This document shows positions 39,118 through 49,275 of a stretch of DNA of 64,000 nucleotides, one piece after another. The stretch spans positions 1,696,001 through 1,760,000 of the forward strand of contig OZ220089.1 of assembly GCA_964291625.2 (NCBI GenBank), given 5' to 3'. The notes below the pieces were generated by a model. The model searched no databases. It saw only the letters and a list, made by a program, of their open reading frames with translations, and was not told where the DNA came from. The position numbers and the translations under genes are program-made. How positions within the stretch are numbered: the stretch's first letter is position 1; every line of letters begins with the position of its first letter. The DNA comes from Candidatus Latescibacterota bacterium (GTDB taxonomy: Bacteria > Latescibacterota > UBA2968 > UBA8231).

Positions 39118-41628
39118 GTGCTCGAACGCCTCTTCGACTCGCTGAGGCCGTTCATCCGGTGGGTCATGCGGCGGCCCGGCCTGGTGCTGACGGCCTGCGG
39201 CCTGCTGACGGCGGCCTCCCTGCGCTTCACCCTCCAGCTCGGCATCGACGCCGAGCTGGCGAACCTGATCCCCCGGGACTACCCCAGCGTCATCGCCCTC
39301 GACCGGCTGCGCCAGGTGGTCGGCGGCGAGGACCGCGTCGACATCGCCGTGGAGAGTCCCTCCTTCGAGGCCAACCAGGCCTGGGCCGAGGAGTTCCTGG
39401 CGCGGGCCATGGACCTGCGCTGCCGCGGCGGAGCGCCCTGCTTCGAGCGCGTCGAGTACCGCCGGGACGCCGACTTCCTGCGGCGCAACGCCCTCTACTT
39501 CGCCACCGACGGCGAGCTCGACCGCCTGGAGGGCTACCTGGAGGAGCGCATCGAGGAGGCGCGGCTGGCGGCCAACCCACTCTACTTCGGTCTCGACGAG
39601 GAGCTGGGAGAAGAGGACCGCCGGCAGGAGGAGGAGCGGGAGCTGCGCGGCATCTACGACGCCATCGTCGTCCGCGAGTACCCGGTCTCCCCCGACAGCA
39701 CCACCCTGGTCCTGCGCTTCCACCCGGCGGGGTCTCAGACCGACCTGGGGATGATCGCCGACCTCTACGGCTCGGTCGATTCTCTGGCCGCCGCGGTGGG
39801 GACCACCGCCTGGCACCCGCAGCTGGAGGTGACCTCGGCGGGCCGGCTGCTGCGCCGTCTCACGGAGGTGCGCACGATCACCGGGGACGTGCGGCGCTCC
39901 TTCGGCGCCGGGGTGACCGCCGTCCTCCTCGTGGTGGTGGCCTACTTCGCCTGGAAGTCGTACCGCGCCCGCTCCCGGGGGCGGCACAGCCTGCGCCTGG
40001 CCCTGGCCACGGCGGCGCGCATGCCGGTCATGGCCGTCCTCATCGGGCTGCCCTTCCTCATGAGCCTCTCCTGGACCTTCGCCCTGGCCCGCCTCGTCCA
40101 CGGCGACCTGAACCTGATGACGTCGACCCTGGGGCTGGTCCTCTTCGGCCTCGGCATCGACTACGGCATCCACTTCTACGCCCGCTACACCGAGGAGCGG
40201 GGCGCGGGACGGGACGCCGTGAGCGCGGCGGAGATCACCTTCACGAGCACGGGCCAGGCGATCGCCGTGAGCGCCCTGACCACGGCGGGGGCCCTGCTCG
40301 TGCTCATGGCGTGCAGCTTCAAGGGCTTCAGTCAGTTCGGGTTCATCGCCGGCGCCGGCATCCTCTTCGCGCTCTTCGCCATGATCGTCATCCTGCCGGC
40401 GCTGGTCTCGCTCTTCGAGGGCTGGTCGCTGCTGCGCTTCGACGCGGGCGCCGGCGGCGGGGCGCTGGAGGCCGGCCGCGGCGGCCGCTTCCCCCTGGCG
40501 CGGACCGTGATCGCCGCCGGGCTCCTCTCGGTGGCCGCCGCCATCGTCATGGCGCCCGGGAAGGTGCGCTTCGAGTACCGCTTCGGGGAGCTGGAGCCGA
40601 CCTACTCGGAGTACAACGCCCGGCGCGAGAAGGTCCGCGCCGTGTACCCGCCCGACGGCCGACGCAACGCCGCCTACATCGTCACCGATACCCCCGCCCA
40701 CGTGCCCGCCGTGGCCGCGGCCCTGCGCCGCCGGGCGGCGGAGGACACCCTGTCGCCGACGATCGCCGAGGTCGTGACGATCCAGGACCGCTTCCCCATG
40801 GACGCGGCGGCCCAGGGCGCCAGACTCGACCGGATCGCGCGCATCCGCGCCCTGCTGGACGATCCCCTGCTCGAGGGCGTGGAGTCGGAGGACCTGCGCC
40901 GCCTGCGGCAGGCCTCGCAGACGCGCGCGGCGATCACCCTCGACCAGGTACCGGGATCGCTGCGCGACCCCTTCCTGAGCAAGTCCGGAGAGGCGGGCAA
41001 CTTCCTGCGCATCTACCCCTCGGTGGGGCTCTCCGACGGCCGCAACTCGATCGCCTTCGCCGAGGACGTGTCGCGCATCGAGGTGGAGGGCCGCACCTAC
41101 CACGCGGCGTCGCCCACCATCGTCGCCGCCGACGTGCTGCGCCTGGTGCAGCGGGAGTCGCCGTGGATGGTGCTGGCCACGGCGGTCCTGGTCTTCCTGC
41201 TGATGTGGCTGAACTTCGGGAAGCTGCGCTGGGGCCTGCTGGCCTGCCTGCCCCTGGTGGTGGGCGTGCTGTGGATGCTGCTGCTCATGGAGCTGCTGCA
41301 GATCCGGCTCAACTTCTACAACATGATCGTCCTGCCCGCGGTCCTCGGCATCGGCAACGACGCCGGCGCCCACCTCGTGCACCGCTACCGGCAGGAGGGC
41401 CGCGGCTCGATCCTGCCGGTGCTGCGCTCCACGGGCGAGCACATCACCGTCGGCTCCCTGACCACGGCGATCGGGTTCTCGGGGCCCCTGTTGAGCTTCC
41501 ACCCGGGGATCGAGACGATCGGCGTCCTCGCCATCGTCGGCATCGGCTCCACCTGGCTGGCGGCGGTGCTGTTCACGCCGGCGCTGCTGCAGTGGCTGGA
41601 GGACCGCGGCAGCGGCCCCTCGGGGTGA
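39118..41628 (+). CDS. MMPL/RND-family lipid transporter
   Basis: Two TM repeats with GLGIDYGIH and GIGND.GAH motifs plus large periplasmic loops. Confidence 0.88.
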   Translation: MLERLFDSLRPFIRWVMRRPGLVLTACGLLTAASLRFTLQLGIDAELANLIPRDYPSVIALDRLRQVVGGEDRVDIAVESPSFEANQAWAEEFLARAMDLRCRGGAPCFERVEYRRDADFLRRNALYFATDGELDRLEGYLEERIEEARLAANPLYFGLDEELGEEDRRQEEERELRGIYDAIVVREYPVSPDSTTLVLRFHPAGSQTDLGMIADLYGSVDSLAAAVGTTAWHPQLEVTSAGRLLRRLTEVRTITGDVRRSFGAGVTAVLLVVVAYFAWKSYRARSRGRHSLRLALATAARMPVMAVLIGLPFLMSLSWTFALARLVHGDLNLMTSTLGLVLFGLGIDYGIHFYARYTEERGAGRDAVSAAEITFTSTGQAIAVSALTTAGALLVLMACSFKGFSQFGFIAGAGILFALFAMIVILPALVSLFEGWSLLRFDAGAGGGALEAGRGGRFPLARTVIAAGLLSVAAAIVMAPGKVRFEYRFGELEPTYSEYNARREKVRAVYPPDGRRNAAYIVTDTPAHVPAVAAALRRRAAEDTLSPTIAEVVTIQDRFPMDAAAQGARLDRIARIRALLDDPLLEGVESEDLRRLRQASQTRAAITLDQVPGSLRDPFLSKSGEAGNFLRIYPSVGLSDGRNSIAFAEDVSRIEVEGRTYHAASPTIVAADVLRLVQRESPWMVLATAVLVFLLMWLNFGKLRWGLLACLPLVVGVLWMLLLMELLQIRLNFYNMIVLPAVLGIGNDAGAHLVHRYRQEGRGSILPVLRSTGEHITVGSLTTAIGFSGPLLSFHPGIETIGVLAIVGIGSTWLAAVLFTPALLQWLEDRGSGPSG

Positions 41629-41631
41629 GGG

Positions 41632-43878
41632 TCAGCCGGTGGTTCGCGAGCCTCGCGCCAGGGACCGCATGAGCTCCACGTAGCGGTCGGCCACCACCGG
41701 CCACCGGAACCGACGAGTGTGCTCCACGGCGCGGCCCCGTACCGCCTCGAGGATCGACCGGTCCTCCACGTAGCGCATGATGGCCCTGCGGAACCCGTCG
41801 GCGCACCCGCTGGTGACGAGGTGGCCGTTCTCCGACTCCGAGATCACGTCCTGGATCCCCTCCAGGCGCGAGGCGATCGTCGGCAGCCCGCACGAGCCCG
41901 CCTCCAGCATGACCACGCCGAAACCCTCCATGGTGCCCGGCACGGCGATGTTGGGCATGATGAACAGGTCGGAGTTGCGGTAGAGCAGGCCCAGGTGCTC
42001 CTCCGTGACCGGGCCGAGGAGCCGCAGACGCTCGTCGAGTCCGCGGCGGCTGGCGGCGGCGCGGATCTCCCCGGTCTGGGGGCCGCTGCCGGCCAGCCAG
42101 TAGTGGACCTGGTCGGGGAGGGTGGGCATGACCTCGTCGACGAACCAGGCGAAGCCCTTGCGCGGGACCTGGCGTCCGACGCTGCACAACAGGAAGGCGT
42201 CGTCCTCCAGGCGCCGGGCCGATGCGTCGAGGGCGGCGAGCCGGTCGCCGCGGGAGGCGCTCTCCGGGTCGGCCTCCGGGAAGCGGTCCTCGCGGATGCC
42301 GTTGGGGATCACGTGCAGCCGGGCCGGGTCGAGGCCGCGGTCGGTGCAGGCGCGGCCGGTGGCGCGGCTCACGGAGACGACGGCGTCGAGGCCGTCGAAG
42401 ACGCGGCGCAGGCGCCGCTGGTACGGCCCCAGGGAAAAGGTGACGTCGTCGCCGTGGGCTACGGCGGCGGTGCGCACGCCGCACTCGCGCAGGGTGCGGT
42501 GCAGCGGAAAGCTGACGAGGACGGCGGGGAGGACCGAGGAGAACAGGACGACGTCGATCTCGCCGCGGCGGGCCAGCCCCTCGATGTGGCGGTAGAGGCG
42601 CGCCAGGTACGGCGGCGTGCGCAGGTAGATCCAGCGCCACGAGCTGCGCAGGACCCGGGTGCTCACGGTCACCTCCGGATGCTGCAGCAGGGCCTCGTGC
42701 AGGTCGGTGGCCACCCGCTGCATGCCGCCCACGCTCGACAGCGGGCGACCCGCCGGGGGGAAGGTGTGCGAGACGAAGAGGACGCGCACCGGAGGCTGGA
42801 GGACGGCGTCGGAGAGGCTCATGGGGAGGGGGCCAAATCTCGCTTCGGCTCCACCGAAGGGCAACGGCGCCCCGGAGCGGTTCCGCCGGACCGCGGCGCC
42901 CTCGGGGGCCTGGCGCGGCGACCGCCGCGGCCGGGCCGCGGCGCGGATCGGGCGCCACCACCTGCACAGCAGGTAGAGGACGAGGTTGAGGCCGCGGTCG
43001 AGGACCGCCGTGGTGAGCAGGATGCTCGCCACCGTGGCCGACTCGAGGCTGAGGTACCCGGACAGGCCGAGTCCGGCGCCGACGAAGAGGAGATCGCGGC
43101 CGGGCAGGAAGGGGATCCGCGTCAGCACGATCTGGGCCGCCAGCAGGGTCAGCCACGAGGTCAGCGGCACCGAGGGCTCGACCACGGCCCAGAGGGCCAC
43201 CTGCAGCACGTGCACGGCGGCCTGGCGGAGCAGGTGGGCGGCGCCCACGACGGCCGCCACCGGCGGCGGAGCCGACAGCAGGCGGCGGCGCATGGCCCGG
43301 GCCGCGGCGAACAGGGCGCCGAGGACGAGGGGAGCGGCCAGCAGCCACCCCCAGCGCCCGGAGAGGGCGCCCGCCTCCAGGACCAGCCAGCCTCCGGCGG
43401 CCAGAACGCCGAGGACGGCCGCCGCGAACAGGGTCGACACGACGGAGGAGAGGATGACGTTGTCCTTGATGCCGTGGACGATGCGGCGATGGGGCAGGTC
43501 CGTGCGGCGGCGCGCCCACAGGTAGAGCCAGGCCTCCCCCGAATAGTCGATGAGGTGGCCCGAGTAGAGCCGCCGCATCAGCATCGCCGGCCACAGCCCC
43601 GGGACGGCCCCCCAGAGCCGGCGGAAGACGAAGACCTCCGACAGGGGCGGTACCAGGTACATCCCCGCGAAGATCAGGTAGAACCACGGGGTCGCCGGCA
43701 GCGAGTCGGCCACCTGGCGCCACCCCACCTCGGTGATCTGGTGGATCACCCACCCGGCGACGCCCGCCGTGAACAGGACACCGGCGGCGCGCAGCGCCGG
43801 CCGCCCGCGGAGGCGGCCGGCCCGGGGAGCGGCGCCCGGGCGGAACGGCGTCTCCGGATCAGCGTTGGACAAGGACAA
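41632..43878 (-). CDS. Multi-pass membrane domain (LPG-synthase/flippase-like) in frame with a GT4 glycosyltransferase (GT4 part 41632-42822)
   Basis: N-half has about 8 hydrophobic segments with YSGEAW and IKDN.ILSS; C-half has GGMQR, VGR.VPRKG, EGFGVVMLEA; internal ATG at 42822. Confidence 0.75.
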   Translation of the reverse strand: MSLSNADPETPFRPGAAPRAGRLRGRPALRAAGVLFTAGVAGWVIHQITEVGWRQVADSLPATPWFYLIFAGMYLVPPLSEVFVFRRLWGAVPGLWPAMLMRRLYSGHLIDYSGEAWLYLWARRRTDLPHRRIVHGIKDNVILSSVVSTLFAAAVLGVLAAGGWLVLEAGALSGRWGWLLAAPLVLGALFAAARAMRRRLLSAPPPVAAVVGAAHLLRQAAVHVLQVALWAVVEPSVPLTSWLTLLAAQIVLTRIPFLPGRDLLFVGAGLGLSGYLSLESATVASILLTTAVLDRGLNLVLYLLCRWWRPIRAAARPRRSPRQAPEGAAVRRNRSGAPLPFGGAEARFGPLPMSLSDAVLQPPVRVLFVSHTFPPAGRPLSSVGGMQRVATDLHEALLQHPEVTVSTRVLRSSWRWIYLRTPPYLARLYRHIEGLARRGEIDVVLFSSVLPAVLVSFPLHRTLRECGVRTAAVAHGDDVTFSLGPYQRRLRRVFDGLDAVVSVSRATGRACTDRGLDPARLHVIPNGIREDRFPEADPESASRGDRLAALDASARRLEDDAFLLCSVGRQVPRKGFAWFVDEVMPTLPDQVHYWLAGSGPQTGEIRAAASRRGLDERLRLLGPVTEEHLGLLYRNSDLFIMPNIAVPGTMEGFGVVMLEAGSCGLPTIASRLEGIQDVISESENGHLVTSGCADGFRRAIMRYVEDRSILEAVRGRAVEHTRRFRWPVVADRYVELMRSLARGSRTTG

Positions 43879-44209
43879 CCGGGGTCATGTGCCGGGAAGG
43901 TGGAGGCCCCTGGCCGATGCGGCCCTGGCGGCGGCCGGTTCGGCCTCTTCGCCTGAACCGCGCCGTGTCAGAAGGGTCCCATGCTTTGAGTGGTCGCTGC
44001 ATCTCCGGACGCACGCCCACGAGGTCGGGTTCCTGGCGGCGATGGCCGCCCGGCCTCCGCATCTGGCCCGAGTGGGCCGGTTTGACGACGTTCTCCTGTG
44101 CGTGGCCCGGCCGCCGCCGCCGGCCCGGTCCTGCCCGGCCATCGGCCCGCCGGGGATCTTTCGGCGAGGCCCGGCCGTCTGTGCTTGAAGACTCCGAAGA
44201 GCTGACCAC

Positions 44210-44845
44210 TTGGAACTGACCCTCGGCAAGACCCTGACCGGACGGCCGTTCTCGCGCTCTGCCGCCAGGGCCGAGAGACTGGCGCGGTGGGTCTCGGGCA
44301 CCCTGACCCCGCCCATGTGCGCCGCCGCCGCCGCCGCCGCCGTGGCCGCCCACGGGGGAACCGCCGCCGCCTGGGGTTGGGCGGCGCTGCTCATCGCCGT
44401 CGGCGTGCTGCTCCCCACCGGCTACACCGTGTACCTCCACCGCAGCGGACAGCTCAGCGACCTGCACATGAACGTGCGCCGGGAGCGCCGGCGGCCCCTC
44501 GCCGCCGCGGCGGCTTCCGCGGCCATGGCCCTGGGGCTGCTGTGGGCCGGCGGCGCCGGACCCCTGCCGATCGTCGTGGCCGCCGTGTGGACGGTGCAGT
44601 CGCTCCTGTTCTTCGGCGTCACCCTGCGCTGGAAGATCAGCGCCCACTGCGCCGGCTGCGCCGGACTGGCCGTCCTCTGCGGGTGGCTCTACGGGTCCGG
44701 GGCCCTGGTGCTGCTCGCCCTCGTTCCGGTGGTCGCCTGGTCCCGCGTCTTCCTGCGCCGGCACACCCTGGGACAGACCCTGGCCGGCACAGCCGCCGGC
44801 TGCGCTACGTGGCTGCCGGCACTCGCCGGGCTTCCCGCTCTCTGA
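44210..44845 (+). CDS. PAP2-superfamily membrane protein
   Basis: WKISAH and WSRV.LRRHT..Q..AG motifs; multiple TM helices. Confidence 0.7.
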   Translation: MELTLGKTLTGRPFSRSAARAERLARWVSGTLTPPMCAAAAAAAVAAHGGTAAAWGWAALLIAVGVLLPTGYTVYLHRSGQLSDLHMNVRRERRRPLAAAAASAAMALGLLWAGGAGPLPIVVAAVWTVQSLLFFGVTLRWKISAHCAGCAGLAVLCGWLYGSGALVLLALVPVVAWSRVFLRRHTLGQTLAGTAAGCATWLPALAGLPAL

Positions 44846-44898
44846 GGCGCCGCCGGCGCCTCTGGCACGGCACCGGCCGCCGGGCGGCCGCCTCCCCC

Positions 44899-46017
44899 AT
44901 GCGCATCGCCCTCTTCACCGAGACCTTCCTGCCCAAGATCGACGGCATCGTCAACACTCTCTGCCGCCTCCTCCACCACCTCGAGGAGAGGGGGCATCCG
45001 TCGATCCTCTTCGCGCCCCGCGGCGGCCCCGAACGCTATGCCGCCACCGAGGTCGTCGGCCTCGGCGGCCTCCCCCTGCCCCTCTACCCCGAGCTCAAGG
45101 TCGTCAATCCCCTCACCGACGTCGGCGGCCGTCTGGACGCCTTCCGGCCCGACCTGGTCCACGTCCTCAATCCGTTCTTCCTCGGCGTCGCCGGGGTCCG
45201 CTACGCGCGCCGCGCCGGGGCGCCCCTGGTCGCCTCCTATCACACCGACATCCCCGGCTACTCGCGCCGCTACGGCTTCGGGTTCCTGGAGGGGACGCTC
45301 TGGCGTTACATCCGCTGGCTTCACAACCAGGCCGCCCTGAACCTGTGCCCCTCCAGCGTCACCCGCCGGGAGTTGGAGGAGCGCCAGGTGCGCAACGCCC
45401 GCGTCTGGACCCGCGGCGTCGACACCGGCCGGTTCTCGCCGGAGTGGCGTTCGGCCGAGATGCGCGGGTTCCTCTCCGGCGGCCATCCGGAGGCTCCCCT
45501 GCTGCTCTACGTCGGCCGCGTCGCCCCCGAGAAGCGGGTGGACTGGCTCGCCGACGCCCTCGAGGGCGTGCCGGGGGCGCGCCTGGCGGTGGTGGGCGGC
45601 GGCCCGGGGCTGGAGAAACTCCGCGCCCGGCTCGAGGGCACGCCGACGGTCTTCGCCGGGTACCTGCGGGGAGCGGAGCTGGCCAAGGCGTACGCCAGCA
45701 GCGACCTCTTCGCCTTCCCCTCGGCCAACGAGACCTTCGGCAATGTCGTCCTCGAGGCCTGCGCCTCCGGCCTGCCGGTGGTCACCGCCGATTCCGGGGG
45801 TGTGCTCGACATCATCCGCCACGAGGAGAACGGTCTGCTCTTCGACGCCGAGTCGCGCCCCGGGTTCGTGGCCGCCGCGCGGCGACTCGTGGAGGATCCG
45901 GAGCTGGCCCGCGGCCTGGGCCGGCGGGGCCGGGAGACCGCCCTCGGCCGCACCTGGACCGCCGTCCTCGACGGCCTGATCGAGGACTACGCCCGCGTCG
46001 CCCGGCCGGCGGACTGA
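44899..46017 (+). CDS. GT4 glycosyltransferase (PimB/SqdX/MgdA-like glycolipid synthase)
   Basis: [39 protein letters not shown]. Confidence 0.9.
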   Translation: MRIALFTETFLPKIDGIVNTLCRLLHHLEERGHPSILFAPRGGPERYAATEVVGLGGLPLPLYPELKVVNPLTDVGGRLDAFRPDLVHVLNPFFLGVAGVRYARRAGAPLVASYHTDIPGYSRRYGFGFLEGTLWRYIRWLHNQAALNLCPSSVTRRELEERQVRNARVWTRGVDTGRFSPEWRSAEMRGFLSGGHPEAPLLLYVGRVAPEKRVDWLADALEGVPGARLAVVGGGPGLEKLRARLEGTPTVFAGYLRGAELAKAYASSDLFAFPSANETFGNVVLEACASGLPVVTADSGGVLDIIRHEENGLLFDAESRPGFVAAARRLVEDPELARGLGRRGRETALGRTWTAVLDGLIEDYARVARPAD

Positions 46018-46244
46018 CCGCCGGGCCGGGCCGGTCCTCCGGTGGGACGCGTTCCGTGCCGCGGCGGCGCCCGGCGCGGCCCCTCGACGATCCGGGCTCG
46101 CGACGGCTGACCGCGGAGACAGCCGCGGCGAGATCCCCACTGATGGCCGGGGGCCGCATCCCCCGGGCCGTATCTCCGGGACCCCTCCACGGTTCCAGCC
46201 GTATCTTTGCCTGCAAGCTTCAGACCGCCCGAACGAGTGAGACC

Positions 46245-47033
46245 ATGCCCGAAGCACGGTTCCCGATGGTGAGCATGCCGACCCGGCCCGGGAGGTCCAC
46301 CAAAACCTGCGCCTGCCCTCGCCGCCCCTGGCGCGGCCTGATACCCGTTCTCCTCGCCGCAGCCGCCATCGGCGGCCCGGGCCACCCCCCCGCGGCGGCG
46401 GGCCCCGGCCGGATCCTCATCGACGACTTCGAGAGCTACCGCGGCGGCGATCTGCCGGCCTGGCGCATCGGCCGCAAGATGCATCCCTTCGGCCCCCGCT
46501 TCATCGACGAGGACGAGTACTTCGTGGTCCGCGAGGAGGCGGGAGGCCGCTTCCTGCGCGGCTTCACCCGCGCCGAGGCGATCTGGATCGGCCTGCCCAA
46601 CGGCGAGGGCTACGAGTGGGACCTGGCCACCCATCCGCGGCTGCGCTGGGACTGGCGCGTCCACCAGCTCCCCGAGGGAGCGAGAGAGGACAGGAAGAGC
46701 CGCAACGACGCCGGCGCCGCCGTCTACGTGATCTTCTCCCGGGACTGGAAGGGCCGCACCAAGGGCCTCAAGTACACCTACAGTTCCTCCCTGCCCCCGG
46801 GCACCTTGGCCGAGTACGGACCGCTCAAGGTCCTCGTCGTGGCCTCCGGCCTCGGGCAGCGCGGCAACTGGCAGTCCGTCGAGCGCGACGTCGCCGCCGA
46901 CTACCGCCGCGCCTTCGGCAAGGCGCCCCCGGACCGCCCGCGCACCATCGCCCTGTGGAGCGACTCGGACTCGACGAAGGAGTCGGCCGAGGTCGACTTC
47001 GACAACCTCCTCCTGCTGCCGGCGGCGGACTGA
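46245..47033 (+). CDS. DUF3047-like exported protein
   Basis: HPRLRWDWRV..LP, ND..AAVYVIF, W..VERDV.ADY..AFG, SDSDST...A..DFDN; start uncertain. Confidence 0.7.
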   Translation: MPEARFPMVSMPTRPGRSTKTCACPRRPWRGLIPVLLAAAAIGGPGHPPAAAGPGRILIDDFESYRGGDLPAWRIGRKMHPFGPRFIDEDEYFVVREEAGGRFLRGFTRAEAIWIGLPNGEGYEWDLATHPRLRWDWRVHQLPEGAREDRKSRNDAGAAVYVIFSRDWKGRTKGLKYTYSSSLPPGTLAEYGPLKVLVVASGLGQRGNWQSVERDVAADYRRAFGKAPPDRPRTIALWSDSDSTKESAEVDFDNLLLLPAAD

Positions 47034-47038
47034 ACCTC

Positions 47039-47533
47039 GTGGGGTTCAAGGGGCGCGCCACCCGGGTCCTGGCCCTCTGCCTCGCAGGCTACGTCCTCCT
47101 CGTGGCCGCCAACGAGGGCGAGTTCTGGCCGGCCAGCATCTATCCCATGTTCTCCATCGCCGGCCGGCCCTGGACGCGGGCCCTCGTGCGCGACGTGGAG
47201 GCCCTGCCCGACTCGGCCCGCTGGCGGGTGACCGATCTCGACGGCCTGCCCGGCCGTCCCGTGGTGCTGCCCGAGATCGGCATCGATCCCATCGACTTCG
47301 CCAACTTCCTGTCGAAGACGCGGGTCTGGGACGAGGACCGCGTCGGCGGCCTGCGGTCGCTCTTCACCGAGGATCTGCTGCGGTCGCGCCAGCTCATGGT
47401 CTACAAGGTCCGGGGACATCTCGCCGCGGGCGACTCCGTCGTCGTCGAGGCCACCCCCTTCCTGCTGCTCACCGGCGGCGGCACGGCCCGCAACCCGGAA
47501 CTGCCGCCGGCGGCCTACGCGCGGGACCTGTGA
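47039..47533 (+). CDS. Hypothetical membrane-anchored protein
   Basis: N-terminal TM followed by GEFWPASIYPMFS; coupled to the downstream HTTM-like gene; start uncertain. Confidence 0.55.
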   Translation: MGFKGRATRVLALCLAGYVLLVAANEGEFWPASIYPMFSIAGRPWTRALVRDVEALPDSARWRVTDLDGLPGRPVVLPEIGIDPIDFANFLSKTRVWDEDRVGGLRSLFTEDLLRSRQLMVYKVRGHLAAGDSVVVEATPFLLLTGGGTARNPELPPAAYARDL

Positions 47534-48426
47534 GAGGGATCCTCGACAACCTCTTCGACTTCGACCGCGCCCGCGACGAGACGCCGGGCGAGGCCCTGCA
47601 CTTCCGCATCTGGGAGCTGTTCATCGGCTTCCAGGCGGTCCGCTACGCCTGGCTCTGGGGCTGGGAGAGCCTGCGCATCACCGACATCGTCCTGCCCCTC
47701 GGCATCGCCCGCTACATCGACATCGGCCACCTGATCGGCGGTCCCCTGCCCCTGGTCAACGCCGGGCTCCTCACGGCGCTGGTGGTCCTCGGCTTCCTGC
47801 GCCTCGGGTCGCGGTGGCCCTACGCCGCGGCCATGGCCCTCCTGCACCTGCAGTACGCCACCCGCTTCTGCCTGGGGGAGATCCCCCACAGCTCGAACCT
47901 CGTCGGCATGGGCCTGCTCTCCCTGGCCGTCGGCGGCGCCTGCTTCCGCGACGCGGCGGCGCAGCGCCGGTTCGTGTGGGGCAGCGTCTGGTTCTTCACC
48001 GGCCTCGGCTACGCCTCGGCGGGGGTCTGCAAGCTCGCGGCCACCGGCCCGGGGTGGATCGACGGCCGCCACCTGTGGCTGTGGATGGCGGAGAAGGCCT
48101 CCGACACGATCTCGAAGACCGGCGGTTACGAGCCCAACCTGCTGCAGAGCCTGGCCGCCGACCACTGGATCGCGGCCACGGCCGTTCTCGGCATCGGCCT
48201 GGGGACCGAGCTGATCGGGGTCCTGCTGTGGTGGCGGCGCACCCGCCCGTGGGCCACCGCCGCCCTCATCGCCATGCACTTCGGGATCGGCTGGACGATG
48301 AACATCTTCTTCACGGTCTTCATGGCCGAGCTGGTCATCATCGGTTTCGCCTGGGGCGGGTGGCTCGACCGGCTGCGGCCGGGGCGTCTGCCCGAGGCCT
48401 TCCTGAGGCTGCGGGGCGCCTTCTGA
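47530..48426 (+). CDS. HTTM-like multi-pass membrane protein
   Basis: Y.SAG.CKL...G..W.DG and MHFGI..TMNI.F pattern typical of HTTM domains. Confidence 0.65.
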   Translation: MRGILDNLFDFDRARDETPGEALHFRIWELFIGFQAVRYAWLWGWESLRITDIVLPLGIARYIDIGHLIGGPLPLVNAGLLTALVVLGFLRLGSRWPYAAAMALLHLQYATRFCLGEIPHSSNLVGMGLLSLAVGGACFRDAAAQRRFVWGSVWFFTGLGYASAGVCKLAATGPGWIDGRHLWLWMAEKASDTISKTGGYEPNLLQSLAADHWIAATAVLGIGLGTELIGVLLWWRRTRPWATAALIAMHFGIGWTMNIFFTVFMAELVIIGFAWGGWLDRLRPGRLPEAFLRLRGAF

Positions 48427-48433
48427 TCGGGTC

Positions 48434-49183
48434 ATGGGCCGGTCTCCCCGCCAGCTGCAGAGCGACCAGTACCGCTTCCCCTACCACTACCTCGTCGACC
48501 TCGAGGAGCGCCGGTTCTCCGCCCACCTGGGCTGGGGCCTCGACTACGCCGCCTACATGGGACGGGCCCTCGCCCTCCTCGAGACCCATCACCGCGGCGG
48601 AGACGTCCTCGACGTCGGCTGCGGAGACGGCTTCCTCCTCAACCACTTCGCCCGGGGGCCGGCCTTCGACGGCGCCTTCAGGGCCCTCGGGATCGACCCG
48701 GACGCCCGGGCGATCCGCTTCGCCCGCGCCTTCGCCCCGGAGGCGGAGGGCCTCGAGTTCCGCTGCCGGGACGTGGCGGAGCTGGAGACCGGGGCCTTCT
48801 CCACCGTCACCGTGGTCGAAGTCCTGGAGCACGTCCCGGACGAGGCCCTGCCGGCGTTCACCGGGCACGTGGACCGGGTCCTGGCTCCGGGCGGCACCCT
48901 GATCCTGACGGCGCCGTCTACCAACCTGCCCCTCGTCGCCAAGCACCACCGGCACTACACGGCCGAGGCCCTGGCCGCCCACTTCCCCGGCTGCGAGGTG
49001 CTGGAGCGGCACTTCCTCACCCGCCGCTCCGCCCTCTACCACCTGCTCTCCTTCCTGCTCTGCCGCCTCGACATCGGACCCGGGCCGCTGCGCCGGCTGC
49101 TGCTGGCCGCCTTCGACCGGCGGGTCTGCGAGGCCACGGAGAGCACGGGCTCGCGGGTGATCCTGGTCCTGCGCAAGCCCTGA
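48434..49183 (+). CDS. Class I SAM-dependent methyltransferase
   Basis: VLDVGCGDG, GID, EVLEHV, VLAPGG. Confidence 0.9.
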   Translation: MGRSPRQLQSDQYRFPYHYLVDLEERRFSAHLGWGLDYAAYMGRALALLETHHRGGDVLDVGCGDGFLLNHFARGPAFDGAFRALGIDPDARAIRFARAFAPEAEGLEFRCRDVAELETGAFSTVTVVEVLEHVPDEALPAFTGHVDRVLAPGGTLILTAPSTNLPLVAKHHRHYTAEALAAHFPGCEVLERHFLTRRSALYHLLSFLLCRLDIGPGPLRRLLLAAFDRRVCEATESTGSRVILVLRKP

Positions 49184-49275
49184 GGCCCTGGCCGGACCTC
49201 GAGCGAGGCCGGGGATCCCGGTCCCTCGCGGACACCCGAGGCCGGGGGCTCCCGCCGACGGGCGGACCGGACCCC

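Noticed and set aside
44321-44341. (GCC)7 microsatellite
   Set aside because: In-frame poly-Ala within a TM helix; unremarkable at this GC content.
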